64,000 nt of DNA, from positions 11,638-75,637 of the forward strand of contig CAMDRJ010000001.1 of NCBI GenBank assembly GCA_945906755.1, given 5' to 3'. The position numbers and the translations under genes are program-made. Numbering within the stretch: position 1 is the stretch's first letter; each line of letters begins with the position of its first letter. Below the pieces are notes generated by a model. It had not been told where the DNA came from, made no database searches, and saw only the letters and a list, made by a program, of their open reading frames with translations. The DNA is from Klebsiella pneumoniae. Its GTDB lineage: Bacteria > Pseudomonadota > Gammaproteobacteria > Burkholderiales > SG8-39. Of the stretch, positions 1 through 9,317 are shown piece after piece.

Positions 1-1863
1 GGCAGCGAACCCGCTGCGGCGACCGGCGCGGCACCCACGCCCGTCGCAAAAAACATCGAGTGCCGCTACACCACGCTGCTTACCGAAGACGATCTTCAGA
101 AATTGCTGCCGCGTTTGAATGATGCATCGCTGGTGGCCTTTGATACAGAGACCACGAGTCTCGATCCGTTCGCAGCGCGCCTGGTCGGCATGTCGTTCTC
201 GATGGTGCCCGGTGAGGCGTTCTATCTTGCGGTCGCGCATGCTTATCCGGATGCGCCCGACCAGCTTGGCGCAGAGCGGGCCTTGGCAATTCTCAAGCCG
301 TGGCTAGAAGATCCGCTGCGCAAAAAGGTCGGGCAGAACTTCAAATACGATCAGCATGTGCTCGCTAATCACGGCATTGCATTGCGTGGCATCGAACACG
401 ACACGCTGTTGCAGTCCTACGTGCTGGAAAGCCATGCCAGACACGATATGGAAACGCTTGCGCAGAGGCATCTTGGGCTGCCTACCATCAGCTACGATGA
501 TGTCACCGGCAAAGGGGCCAACCGCATCGGGTTTGAAGAGGTGTCGGTCGATCGCGCCACCCAGTATTCCAGCGAAGACGCCGACATTACATTGCGCCTG
601 CATGGTGTGCTCTATCCGCAGGTCGCGGCCGACGCGAAGCTCGCGACCATTTACTCCAACATCGAAATGCCGGTGCGGGAAGTGCTGTTTCGCATCGAGC
701 GGAATGGCGTGCTGGTCGATGTGGCGCAATTGGAAGCACAGAGCCACGCGCTTGGGCAAAAAATGCTGGAACTCGAAGCGCGCGCTCATCTCGAGGCGGG
801 CCAGCCTTTCAATCTGAATTCGCCCAAGCAGATCGGCGAGATCTTCTTCGATCGATTGCAATTACCGGTGGTGAAGAAGACGCCGAGCGGTGCGCCATCG
901 ACCGACGAAGAAGTGCTGGAAAAACTCGCGCTCGACTATCCGTTGCCCAAGACCTTGCTCGAATTTCGCGGCGCCGCGAAATTGAAGTCCACCTATACCG
1001 ACAAACTGCCGAAGATGGTCAATCCGCAAACCGGCCGTGTGCATACCAACTATGGGCAGGCCACCGCGGTAACCGGACGGCTGGCCAGCACCGATCCCAA
1101 TCTGCAGAACATCCCGGTGCGCACCGCGGAAGGCCGGCGCGTCCGTGAGGCGTTCATCGCGGCGCCCGATTGCGTGATCGTGTCGGCCGACTATTCGCAG
1201 ATTGAACTTCGCATCATGGCGCATCTATCGGGCGATGAGAGCCTCCTGGCGGCGTTTGCCGGCGGCAAAGATATTCATCGCGCCACCGCGGCTGAGGTGT
1301 TCAATCGCGCGCTTGCCGAGGTGTCGAGCGAAGAGCGCCGTTATGCCAAGGCGATTAACTTCGGGCTGATCTACGGCATGTCGGCGTTTGGTTTGGCGCA
1401 GCAGCTTGGCGTTGAACGCGGCACGGCGCAGACTTATATCGACAGTTATTTCGCGCGCTACCCGGGCGTCAAACGATTCATGGACGAAATCCGCCGTGAC
1501 GCCCGCGAGCGTGGCTATGTTGAGACCGTGTTTGGTCGTCGTCTATGGCTCGCCGAGATTCGCTCGAGCAATCAGGCGCGCCGTGCCGGCGCGGAGCGCG
1601 CCGCGATCAATGCGCCGATGCAGGGGACGGCCGCGGATCTGATTAAACTTGCGATGATCGCAGTGCAAGGTTGGATCGATAGCGAGCGGCTCGCGTCCAA
1701 ATTGATCATGCAGGTGCATGACGAGTTGGTGTTGGAAGTGCCGACTGCGGAGCTTGCTCGCGTTCGTGCGGAGTTGCCGCAGCTGATGACCGGCGTCGCA
1801 ACGCTGCGCGCGCCACTCGTGGTGGATGTTGGCGTCGGGCCCAATTGGGAACAGGCCCATTAA
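1..1863 (+). CDS. polA: DNA polymerase I, C-terminal part (3'-5' exonuclease and polymerase domains); 5' end outside window
   Basis: The frame of ORF 103..1863 stays open back to nt 1. Motifs: FDTETTSL (Exo I), DYSQIELRIMAH (motif A), RRYAKAINFGLIYG (motif B), QVHDELV (motif C). Confidence 0.95.
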   Translation, partial: GSEPAAATGAAPTPVAKNIECRYTTLLTEDDLQKLLPRLNDASLVAFDTETTSLDPFAARLVGMSFSMVPGEAFYLAVAHAYPDAPDQLGAERALAILKPWLEDPLRKKVGQNFKYDQHVLANHGIALRGIEHDTLLQSYVLESHARHDMETLAQRHLGLPTISYDDVTGKGANRIGFEEVSVDRATQYSSEDADITLRLHGVLYPQVAADAKLATIYSNIEMPVREVLFRIERNGVLVDVAQLEAQSHALGQKMLELEARAHLEAGQPFNLNSPKQIGEIFFDRLQLPVVKKTPSGAPSTDEEVLEKLALDYPLPKTLLEFRGAAKLKSTYTDKLPKMVNPQTGRVHTNYGQATAVTGRLASTDPNLQNIPVRTAEGRRVREAFIAAPDCVIVSADYSQIELRIMAHLSGDESLLAAFAGGKDIHRATAAEVFNRALAEVSSEERRYAKAINFGLIYGMSAFGLAQQLGVERGTAQTYIDSYFARYPGVKRFMDEIRRDARERGYVETVFGRRLWLAEIRSSNQARRAGAERAAINAPMQGTAADLIKLAMIAVQGWIDSERLASKLIMQVHDELVLEVPTAELARVRAELPQLMTGVATLRAPLVVDVGVGPNWEQAH

Positions 1864-1880
1864 ATGGAGTGGAACAATCG

Positions 1881-3116
1881 ATGAATCATCCTGGCGACCA
1901 AGCGGCCAACCCCAAATCGAGCGCTCGCTCGTTTGCTGGAGTCTCGTTCGACGAAGCGTTAGCCCGCGCCCGCGCGATGGTCCCCGCCTTGCGCGAGCGT
2001 GCTGCGCGCACCGAAGAGGCGCGCGTGATGCTGCCCGAAACGTTCGCGGAGTTGAAGCAAAGTGGTTTGCTGCGGTATCACATGCCCAAGCGATGGGGCG
2101 GCATGGAGCTGCCGTTTCCCGCGATGATCGATATTCCCACTGAGCTGGCGCGCGGCTGTGCCTCCACCTCGTGGAATTTCCATAATTTCGCGAATCATTC
2201 TTGGCTCCTGGCGATGTTCGATCCCCGGGTCCAGGAAGAAATCTGGGGCGTCGATCCGGATACGCCGATCGCCGCGGGCATCGCCTTTCCGCAAGGCAGC
2301 GGACGCAAGGTAGACGGCGGCTTTGTCATCAGCGGCCATTGGAATTTTGGCAGCGGCGTCGATCTGAGTCCGTGGAGCATGTTTGCCGCCACCATTCGAG
2401 ACCGCGCCGATGGTCCGCCTACCGGCTATCGGTTATGTCTGGTGCCGCGGGCCGAACACGAAATCATCGATGACTGGCAAGTCATGGGCATGCGCGGTAC
2501 CGGCAGCAAGTCGATGCGCATGAAAGACGTGTTTGTTCCGGAATACCGCGCGCTCGACATGACCACCGTGCGTGGCGGGCCGGATTTCCCCGGTGCTCGC
2601 ATGAATCCAGGTCCGCTGTTTCGTGTCCCGCTGGTAGCGATCGCCGGGTACTTCCCGGCGACCTCCGCACTTGGCAATGCCAAGGCGGTGCTCGAGTTGA
2701 CGATCGAGCGGCTCAAGTCGCGACAGACGAGTTATTCGGCAGTGCGCATGAGCGATTTTCAAGCGATTCAGATTCGCGTTGCGATGGCCGCCTCCAAGAT
2801 CGATACCGCAGAATCAATCATGAAGCGGGACTGTGCGACCGCTTGGCAAGACGCCTGCGCCGAAAAGATTCCCGACGATCTCACCAAGCTCGCCTACAAG
2901 CGGAATGCCGCCTTTGGCGTGCAACTGTGCACCGAGGCGGTCGATTCACTACATGCGTTGGCGGGCGCCAACGGCATCTACGAGCAGTATCCGATCGAGC
3001 GCCTGTTTCGCGACGCCCATTCCGCCGCCGGCCATTTCAGTTTCAGCTTCGATGCACACGGCTCGGCATGGGGTGCTGCGGCCCTTGGTGGGGCAGTCAA
3101 CAACCCGATGCTGTAG
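1881..3116 (+). CDS. Acyl-CoA-dehydrogenase-fold flavin-dependent monooxygenase (oxygenase component of a two-component system, HsaA/DszC-like)
   Basis: ORF 1845..3116. Likely start is ATG 1881 (MNHPGD) with GGAG about 11 nt upstream. About 410 aa with an ACAD-like layout and the GHWNFGSG motif typical of this monooxygenase group. Confidence 0.7.
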   Translation: MNHPGDQAANPKSSARSFAGVSFDEALARARAMVPALRERAARTEEARVMLPETFAELKQSGLLRYHMPKRWGGMELPFPAMIDIPTELARGCASTSWNFHNFANHSWLLAMFDPRVQEEIWGVDPDTPIAAGIAFPQGSGRKVDGGFVISGHWNFGSGVDLSPWSMFAATIRDRADGPPTGYRLCLVPRAEHEIIDDWQVMGMRGTGSKSMRMKDVFVPEYRALDMTTVRGGPDFPGARMNPGPLFRVPLVAIAGYFPATSALGNAKAVLELTIERLKSRQTSYSAVRMSDFQAIQIRVAMAASKIDTAESIMKRDCATAWQDACAEKIPDDLTKLAYKRNAAFGVQLCTEAVDSLHALAGANGIYEQYPIERLFRDAHSAAGHFSFSFDAHGSAWGAAALGGAVNNPML

Positions 3117-3370
3117 CGAGGGTGTGGTGGCGCGTTGATGAAGCGCCGGGTATCAAGATTGCGGCGTATTCTATGCGGGTGAACTAGACCAATTTTTGCG
3201 TTCCCGCGCGCCGCACTCATGCGATTTTCTGGCGGCATGTACTTTCATATGCCGCATTCACGCTGGCGTTCGCAACGCCCATCGATTCGGCTTCCGCTGA
3301 AACCGATCCCAACAAGTCTGGCGGCGCAGAAATTGCGATAGATGGTGGCTGGTCACCCATACCGGACGAC

Positions 3371-4075
3371 ATGGTGAATGCGCTCCTCCGTGCGGCGCGC
3401 GTATCCAAACGCGATTTGGTCGTCGATTTAGGTTCCGGTGATGGGCGCATTCCAATCGCTGCGGCGGCGAAGTTTGGCGCACAGGGGATCGGCATCGAGT
3501 CCGATCCGGAAATGATTGCCGCAAGCCGCAAGCGAGCCGAGGAACAGGGTATCAGCCAACGGGTCGAGTTTCGTCAGGAAGATCTGGACAACGTTGATCT
3601 TTCCAAAGCGACAGTCATTACGATCCAACTGGCTGAACCCAATAATGAGAAGTTGCGTTCGAAGTTGCTCCGTCTTAAACCGGGCACCCGCATCGCTGCC
3701 TACAAATACGGCATTGCCGATTGGGAACCGGATGACACGGTGACGGTGGGCGAACACAAGGGCATGCTCTGGGTGGTGCCGATCGATGCCGCCGGCACTT
3801 GGCAGCTCCGATTGGCGGAGGGCCGCGGCACACGGGATTTCGTCTTGACGCTCACCCAACGCTTTCAGCGCATCGAAGGGGATGTGCGCGCTGCCGGTAC
3901 CGCCACTGAGCTGGTGAAACAAGGGATTGTGCGAGGCGGCCGAGTCAGTTTTTCGCTGCCGGGCGAATTCGGTGATCGCTCGTTCTTTGCGCAAATCTTT
4001 AGCGACGTAATGAGCGGCACCGTGTCGGATGGTGTCCGAAGCGTCCGGTTTCGCGCCGACCTAATCGGCAAGTAA
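3371..4075 (+). CDS. Class I SAM-dependent methyltransferase-fold protein with a C-terminal beta-rich extension (paralog A); true start uncertain
   Basis: DLGSGDGR SAM motif I. Collinear similarity to ORF 6723..7562 over the full length. An in-frame signal-peptide-like sequence lies upstream (3188..3370) without a canonical start codon. Confidence 0.75.
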   Translation: MVNALLRAARVSKRDLVVDLGSGDGRIPIAAAAKFGAQGIGIESDPEMIAASRKRAEEQGISQRVEFRQEDLDNVDLSKATVITIQLAEPNNEKLRSKLLRLKPGTRIAAYKYGIADWEPDDTVTVGEHKGMLWVVPIDAAGTWQLRLAEGRGTRDFVLTLTQRFQRIEGDVRAAGTATELVKQGIVRGGRVSFSLPGEFGDRSFFAQIFSDVMSGTVSDGVRSVRFRADLIGK

Positions 4076-4139
4076 CGCGCGATTGCCGCGCCACTGTTTA
4101 GCGCTGTTACGATCATGAACGCCCGAAGTGTCTGCCATC

Positions 4140-4171
4140 AGAAATCTGTGCGGCGCGCCGCGCAGATTTCT
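4140..4171. terminator. GC-rich 32-nt palindromic hairpin between convergent genes
   Basis: agaaatctgtgcggcg/cgccgcgcagatttct gives 16-bp arms with one G-U position. It overlaps the TAG stop of the minus-strand gene. No clear U-tract. Confidence 0.4.
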
Positions 4172-4826
4172 AGCCGCTGCCCCGGGTGTACGGATTGACG
4201 AATTGTTTGACGGTCCGCGCGCGCATCTCAACGCGCTCCAGCCGCCGCAGTTTGCGTGCCTGTACCGGTGAGAACAGTTTGTAGTGCCGGATCTCATCGA
4301 GCATCTCGACGATGTCGTAGCAATCGCCCTTGTTGGTGACCCAGAGTTCCGGGTCGATCCGGCTCAAATCGAATGCGCGCGAATATTCGCGCATCGTTTT
4401 CTCGCGATCATCATTGGAGTATTCATGGAAGTACGACAACGCCAGTTCGCGAAGCGTGCGATAGACCGGATCGCGAAAGCGCAGCGTGCAATTGTTCGTC
4501 TTGGAGATCGCGCCCCAGCAGCCATCGCGCCGGTATAACGTGATGACATGATCGTCGTCGCGTATGGCGCGAATGTCCATCATGATCGGCGCTTCGCCAT
4601 TGATCCATAGCGCAGTCGCCGCCACCATCGCCGCTTCGATGCAATGCGCGCGACGTTGCCTGAGCACTTGCTGAACGGAAAGGTAGGTGTCGCCGTCCGG
4701 CTCGAAGTTGGTCGGAATGCGCGAGATGAAGTCCTGAATCTTCCACGGCGACGAAAGACTCTTCAGTTGGGCGTATTCGGCGCGCGTCAGCCCGAGTTCT
4801 TCCCGTGTCACACCGATTCTGTTCAT
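4170..4826 (-). CDS. Conserved hypothetical protein; possible transglutaminase/papain-like cysteine peptidase fold
   Basis: 218-aa ORF. Cys in RRAHCIEAAMV is followed about 30 aa later by DDDHVITLY and GCWGAIS, the order seen in transglutaminase-like cores. The function call is weak. Confidence 0.7.
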   Translation of the reverse strand: MNRIGVTREELGLTRAEYAQLKSLSSPWKIQDFISRIPTNFEPDGDTYLSVQQVLRQRRAHCIEAAMVAATALWINGEAPIMMDIRAIRDDDHVITLYRRDGCWGAISKTNNCTLRFRDPVYRTLRELALSYFHEYSNDDREKTMREYSRAFDLSRIDPELWVTNKGDCYDIVEMLDEIRHYKLFSPVQARKLRRLERVEMRARTVKQFVNPYTRGSG

Positions 4827-5009
4827 TGCACAATCCTCCTTGAACGACCACCTGCATCATGTTGCGTTGGTATCCGCCGCGCCATCCGCCGTATAACCCG
4901 CGGGAACACCAGACGGCCTTCGATTCTAGGCGAGCAATGACCCGTCCGGACGCCCGTCCGGCGTGAACGAGCGTGATAGCATCCCGCGCCCTTTGTTACA
5001 GGATTACCC

Positions 5010-6005
5010 ATGCGCGCCGTATGGTATGAAAAGCTCGGTCCAGCCGAGGCCGTGTTGCAGCTTGGAGCAATGCCGGATCCAACGCCGGGTCACGGGGAAG
5101 TCCGTGTTCGGATTGGGTTTTCTGGCGTCAACCCCTCCGACGTCAAGCGCCGTGCGGGGCCGGCGACCGCGGCCATCCCGTTTCCGCGCGTCATTCCAAA
5201 TCAAGATGGTGCTGGCATCATCGACGCGATCGGCGCCGGTGTCGATCCCAAGCGTGTTGGCGAGCGGGTATGGCTGCATAGCACCTGTTGGGGCCGGCCG
5301 TTCGGCACCGGCGCCGAGTGGGCGGTGACGCCTGATCACCGCGCGATCAAATTGCCGTCCAATGTGAGCCTCGCTGCTGGCGCTTCGTTGGGCGTGCCGG
5401 CACTCACTGCGCATCGCGCTCTATTTGGGCCCGGTTCGGTGGCAGGTAAAACGGTGTTAGTCACCGGCGGCGCTGGGGCAGTCGGGCTCTATGCGATTCA
5501 ACTTGCCAAATGGGCCGGTGCGCGTGTGATCACCAGCATCTCAAGCGATGAGAAGGCCACTCTAGCGCGTCAAGCGGGTGCCGATCATGTGGTGAACTAT
5601 CGCAAGGAGAATGTTGCGGAGCGCGTGCTTGCGCTGACTGGTCCGGTTGATCACATCGTCGAGGTCGATTTCGCCGCCAATATCGCCACGACGCTCAAGG
5701 TGATCAAGGGGAACGGCACGCTTTCGACCTATGCGTCGATGAGCGACCGCGAGCCCAAGATTCCGTTTTATGCACTGATGAACAAGAACATCAACGTGCT
5801 ATGGGTCACCGTGTACGATCTTACGCGCGAGGCACTCGATGTCGGCGCGCGCGATGTCAACGCGTGGCTTGCCACGGGTAAAGCAGTGTTCCCACCGTTT
5901 CATCCATTCGGCCTGGATGACATGGTCAAGGCGCACCTTGCAGTTGAACAAGGCGCCGTCGGCAAAGTCGTGGTCGCGGTCGGTGGCGAAAACGCCGGGC
6001 GTTGA
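5010..6005 (+). CDS. Zinc-independent MDR-family NADPH:quinone oxidoreductase
   Basis: 331 aa. N-terminal GHGEVRVRIGFSGVNPSDVKRRAG and the Rossmann motif VLVTGGAGAVG. Confidence 0.85.
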   Translation: MRAVWYEKLGPAEAVLQLGAMPDPTPGHGEVRVRIGFSGVNPSDVKRRAGPATAAIPFPRVIPNQDGAGIIDAIGAGVDPKRVGERVWLHSTCWGRPFGTGAEWAVTPDHRAIKLPSNVSLAAGASLGVPALTAHRALFGPGSVAGKTVLVTGGAGAVGLYAIQLAKWAGARVITSISSDEKATLARQAGADHVVNYRKENVAERVLALTGPVDHIVEVDFAANIATTLKVIKGNGTLSTYASMSDREPKIPFYALMNKNINVLWVTVYDLTREALDVGARDVNAWLATGKAVFPPFHPFGLDDMVKAHLAVEQGAVGKVVVAVGGENAGR

Positions 6006-6035
6006 AACGCGGCTCGGCATACAGAAGGAGTGGTA

Positions 6036-6692
6036 GTGATTTTCTATAGTACCGATGGCAATGGGCCCGGGTTCAAGGAACTTGGCTTCGCGCACAATCC
6101 ATTTCTTGCGCTGGTGGTGCCGCGCCCGATCGGTTGGATCAGCTCCGTCGATCAACATGGTGTCGTCAATCTCGCGCCGTTTTCGTTTTTCAACGCGGTT
6201 TCATCGCGCCCGCCGATGGTGTTTTTTGGCGCCAATGGCACGCACCTTACTGCTGGGGGCGAAAAAGATACGCTGCGCAATGTCAGAGAGACCGGCGAGT
6301 TCGTCGCCAATCTCGTGACCTGGGATCTGCGCCAGCAAATGAATGACAGCTCGGCGCCGGCCCCTCGCGATGTCGACGAAATGGATGCCGTGGGATTGGC
6401 GAAGCTGCCTTCGAAGTTCGTCAAAGCGCCGCGCGTGAAGGCATCGCCGGTACACTTCGAGTGCAAGCTCGTGCAGTTCGTCGAGCTGCCCACCGATCCG
6501 AAATCCGGCGAACAGAACACCATAACGATCGGGCGGGTGGTCGGTATCCACATCGACGAGCGGCTGGTCGCCGACGGCATGGTCGATATCACGAAGGCGC
6601 GGCCGGTCGCGCGGCTGGGCTATCTCGACTACACCGTGGTTGACGAAGTCTTCGCGATCAAACGACCGAGTTGGCCGATCAACAAATCCTGA
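6036..6692 (+). CDS. Flavin reductase-like (FMN-binding split-barrel) protein
   Basis: ORF 6030..6692. AAGGAG at 6025..6030 favours GTG 6036 as the start. LAPFSFFNAVSSRPPMVFF is typical of flavin reductase domain proteins. Confidence 0.85.
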   Translation: MIFYSTDGNGPGFKELGFAHNPFLALVVPRPIGWISSVDQHGVVNLAPFSFFNAVSSRPPMVFFGANGTHLTAGGEKDTLRNVRETGEFVANLVTWDLRQQMNDSSAPAPRDVDEMDAVGLAKLPSKFVKAPRVKASPVHFECKLVQFVELPTDPKSGEQNTITIGRVVGIHIDERLVADGMVDITKARPVARLGYLDYTVVDEVFAIKRPSWPINKS

Positions 6693-6722
6693 CAACAGTT
6701 CCGCACAAAGGAGATTCTCAAG

Positions 6723-7562
6723 ATGTTCCGCATGCATCGTATCGTCACGCAATCCATCGTCATCGCGCTATTTGCCGCCAGCGCTGTGCTCGCGCAGCCG
6801 GCCAATGAATACAAACCAAGCGTCGGCCAGTCCGGCAAAGACGTCGTATGGGTGCCGACGCCGGAAGAACTCGTTGAGCGCATGCTCACGATGGCGCAGG
6901 TGACACCGAATGATTTCGTGATCGATCTCGGATCAGGCGATGGCCGCACCGTCATTGCGGCAGCCAAGCGCGGCGCCAGCGCACTTGGCATTGAGTACAA
7001 CCCCGATATGGTGACGCTCTCGACGCGCGCCGCGCAACGGGAGGGGGTGTCGGCCAGGGCGAAGTTCGTCAAAGCCGATATTTTTGAATCGGACTTCTCG
7101 AAGGCAAGTGTCATCACGATGTATTTGCTGCCGGGCTTGAACCTGAAGCTGCGCCCGAAGCTGCTTGAAATGAAGCCGGGCACGCGCCTCGTTTCGCACC
7201 AGTTCACGATGGACGATTGGCAGCCGGATGAAACGTCCTACTTCGATTTCCGCCCAGGCTATCTATGGATCGTGCCGGCCAAGACGCAGGGCAAATGGCG
7301 GATCGATGCGCCAGGGTTCTCAGGACTCGATATGAACTTCGAGCAGACCTTTCAGCGCGTAAAGGGCGACATCGAATTGGCCAACAGCAACCTCAAGGTG
7401 GGTCTACGCGAGACGCGCCTATGGGGTGATCAAATCAGTTTCACGGCAGTTGATACCAGAGGTGTACTGCGTGAATTCACCGGCAGAGTGACCGGTGACC
7501 GGATGGCCGGAACCGTCAGGACGGGCAACGAGACCGCGCAGTGGAGCGCGGTGAAGAAGTAA
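6723..7562 (+). CDS. Class I SAM-dependent methyltransferase-fold protein with N-terminal signal/anchor sequence and a C-terminal beta-rich extension (paralog B)
   Basis: N-terminus MFRMHRIVTQSIVIALFAASAVLAQP. VWVPTPEELVERML followed by DLGSGDGR, a layout resembling membrane-anchored 7-beta-strand lysine methyltransferases. Confidence 0.8.
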   Translation: MFRMHRIVTQSIVIALFAASAVLAQPANEYKPSVGQSGKDVVWVPTPEELVERMLTMAQVTPNDFVIDLGSGDGRTVIAAAKRGASALGIEYNPDMVTLSTRAAQREGVSARAKFVKADIFESDFSKASVITMYLLPGLNLKLRPKLLEMKPGTRLVSHQFTMDDWQPDETSYFDFRPGYLWIVPAKTQGKWRIDAPGFSGLDMNFEQTFQRVKGDIELANSNLKVGLRETRLWGDQISFTAVDTRGVLREFTGRVTGDRMAGTVRTGNETAQWSAVKK

Positions 7563-7642
7563 TACTTTTCCCGATAAGGGGCTGGTCAGCGCGGAGGGGT
7601 TCCGACCACCCCCTCCTAGCGCCGCGCCGCGCCGCGCGAACC

Positions 7643-7951
7643 TTACCTCACCGTCGCATCCCCGCTTTCAACGATCACCAGTTCCACTTCACCCGCGCCG
7701 TTTTTCTTGCGGAATGCGGAGGCTTCCTGGTATTCCTTCGATGCGTGGCAAGCCACCGCCTGTTCGAGTGAAGGAAATTCAATCACGACGAAGCGCGCAA
7801 ATTTTTCCGGGCCTTCGAGAATCTTGAAGCGCCCACCGCGTGCGAGCACCTTGCCGCCAAATTTGCCGATGATTTCGGGTACGCGGTCGGTGTACTTCTT
7901 GTATTCGACCGGGTCGTTGATTTTCGAGCGTGCAAGCCAATAGCCGGGCAT
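7643..7951 (-). CDS. DUF1330 domain protein
   Basis: 102 aa. MPGYWLARSKINDPVEYKKY...FVVIEFPSLEQA matches the DUF1330 pattern. Confidence 0.85.
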   Translation of the reverse strand: MPGYWLARSKINDPVEYKKYTDRVPEIIGKFGGKVLARGGRFKILEGPEKFARFVVIEFPSLEQAVACHASKEYQEASAFRKKNGAGEVELVIVESGDATVR

Positions 7952-7961
7952 GGTGTTCTCC

Positions 7962-9308
7962 TTAGTTGCCTACAATAACTTTCGTTGAGAGCTCGGGCAG
8001 CCAGGTGGCGATACCCGGAAATATTACGATGCAAATGATGACGCCAAGCAGCCCCACCCAGTAAGGCGCCGAACCTCGGAAAATTTCTCCAACCGTCACA
8101 TTCTCTTCGGGCAGCGCCGCTTTGACGGTGAAGACGACCAGTCCAAAGGGCGGCGTCAGAAATCCGGTTTCGATCGCGAGGATACCAATCATCGCAAAGG
8201 CGAGCGGATCAAAACCAAGCGCTCCTGCGATCGGCGCGAACACCGGGACGGTAAGCAGGATGATCGAAATCGAGTCGATCAGACAGCCCAGCACAAACCA
8301 GATCAATACCATCAACGCGAGCACGCCGTAGGGTCCGAAGCCGGTCGCGAGGAACAGGTCCTGGGTCGCCTTGGTGACGCCTGTCATCGACAGCACACGC
8401 GAGTAAAGCTGCGCGGTGAAAAGAAGCAATAACAGCGGAGCGGAAGTGCGCCCCACCGACATCACCACTTCAAACATTTCGCGTGGCTTCATGCCTTTCA
8501 TCAACGCGAAGAGCAACGCGAGGACCGCACCGACGCCCGCGCCTTCGGTGGGCGTGAAAAATCCGAGCCAGATGCCGCCCAGAGTGAGAAAGACCACCGC
8601 GATAACGGTCATCGTGCTCCATGCGGCCTTGCCAACTTCGTGGGACGACAATTCCGCCGTCAGCTTGGCATGTGTTGGTCCGGCCCCCACGAGTTCCGGC
8701 TTCGTCATCGCCACCCAGAGGATATAGACCACGAAGAACGCCACGAGCACGAAGCCAGGCAGCACGCCGGCGAGAAATAGCTTGCCGATCGACTGTTCAG
8801 TGAGCACGCCCCACACGATCATCAATACCGATGGCGGGATCAGCATGCCAAGGCATGCGCTCCCAGCGATGCAGCCGAGCGCGAACTTACGGTTGTAGCC
8901 GTGACGTTTCATTTCCGGATAGGCAATGCGCGAGAATGCTGCCGCCGCCGCGATCGATACGCCGGTTACGAACGCAAAGACTGCATTCGCCAGAACTGTT
9001 GCGACGCCGAGCCGGCCGGGGATCCGCCGCGTGAGGCTGTTGATCAGCGCGAACATATCCCGTGCCGCACCGCACTTGGCGAGGAACTCGCCCATCAGCA
9101 TGAAGAGCGGAATCACGGCGAACACATAGTCACGCAGCGTCTCAAACGCGGTGTTGGCGACGAAGGTGCGGACCATGTCGATGTCGTGATTGATCAGATA
9201 GATCCCCACCGCTGCGGTGGTGCCAAGCGCCACGGCGAGGTGAACACCGAGAAACACCAGTGCGAGCAGCACACCGATCAGGATCGTCATTTCCATGTAA
9301 CCGAACAT
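7962..9308 (-). CDS. dctM: TRAP transporter large permease
   Basis: 448-aa polytopic membrane protein located directly downstream of the small permease. Confidence 0.9.
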   Translation of the reverse strand: MFGYMEMTILIGVLLALVFLGVHLAVALGTTAAVGIYLINHDIDMVRTFVANTAFETLRDYVFAVIPLFMLMGEFLAKCGAARDMFALINSLTRRIPGRLGVATVLANAVFAFVTGVSIAAAAAFSRIAYPEMKRHGYNRKFALGCIAGSACLGMLIPPSVLMIVWGVLTEQSIGKLFLAGVLPGFVLVAFFVVYILWVAMTKPELVGAGPTHAKLTAELSSHEVGKAAWSTMTVIAVVFLTLGGIWLGFFTPTEGAGVGAVLALLFALMKGMKPREMFEVVMSVGRTSAPLLLLLFTAQLYSRVLSMTGVTKATQDLFLATGFGPYGVLALMVLIWFVLGCLIDSISIILLTVPVFAPIAGALGFDPLAFAMIGILAIETGFLTPPFGLVVFTVKAALPEENVTVGEIFRGSAPYWVGLLGVIICIVIFPGIATWLPELSTKVIVGN

Positions 9309-9317
9309 GACGCGCCC

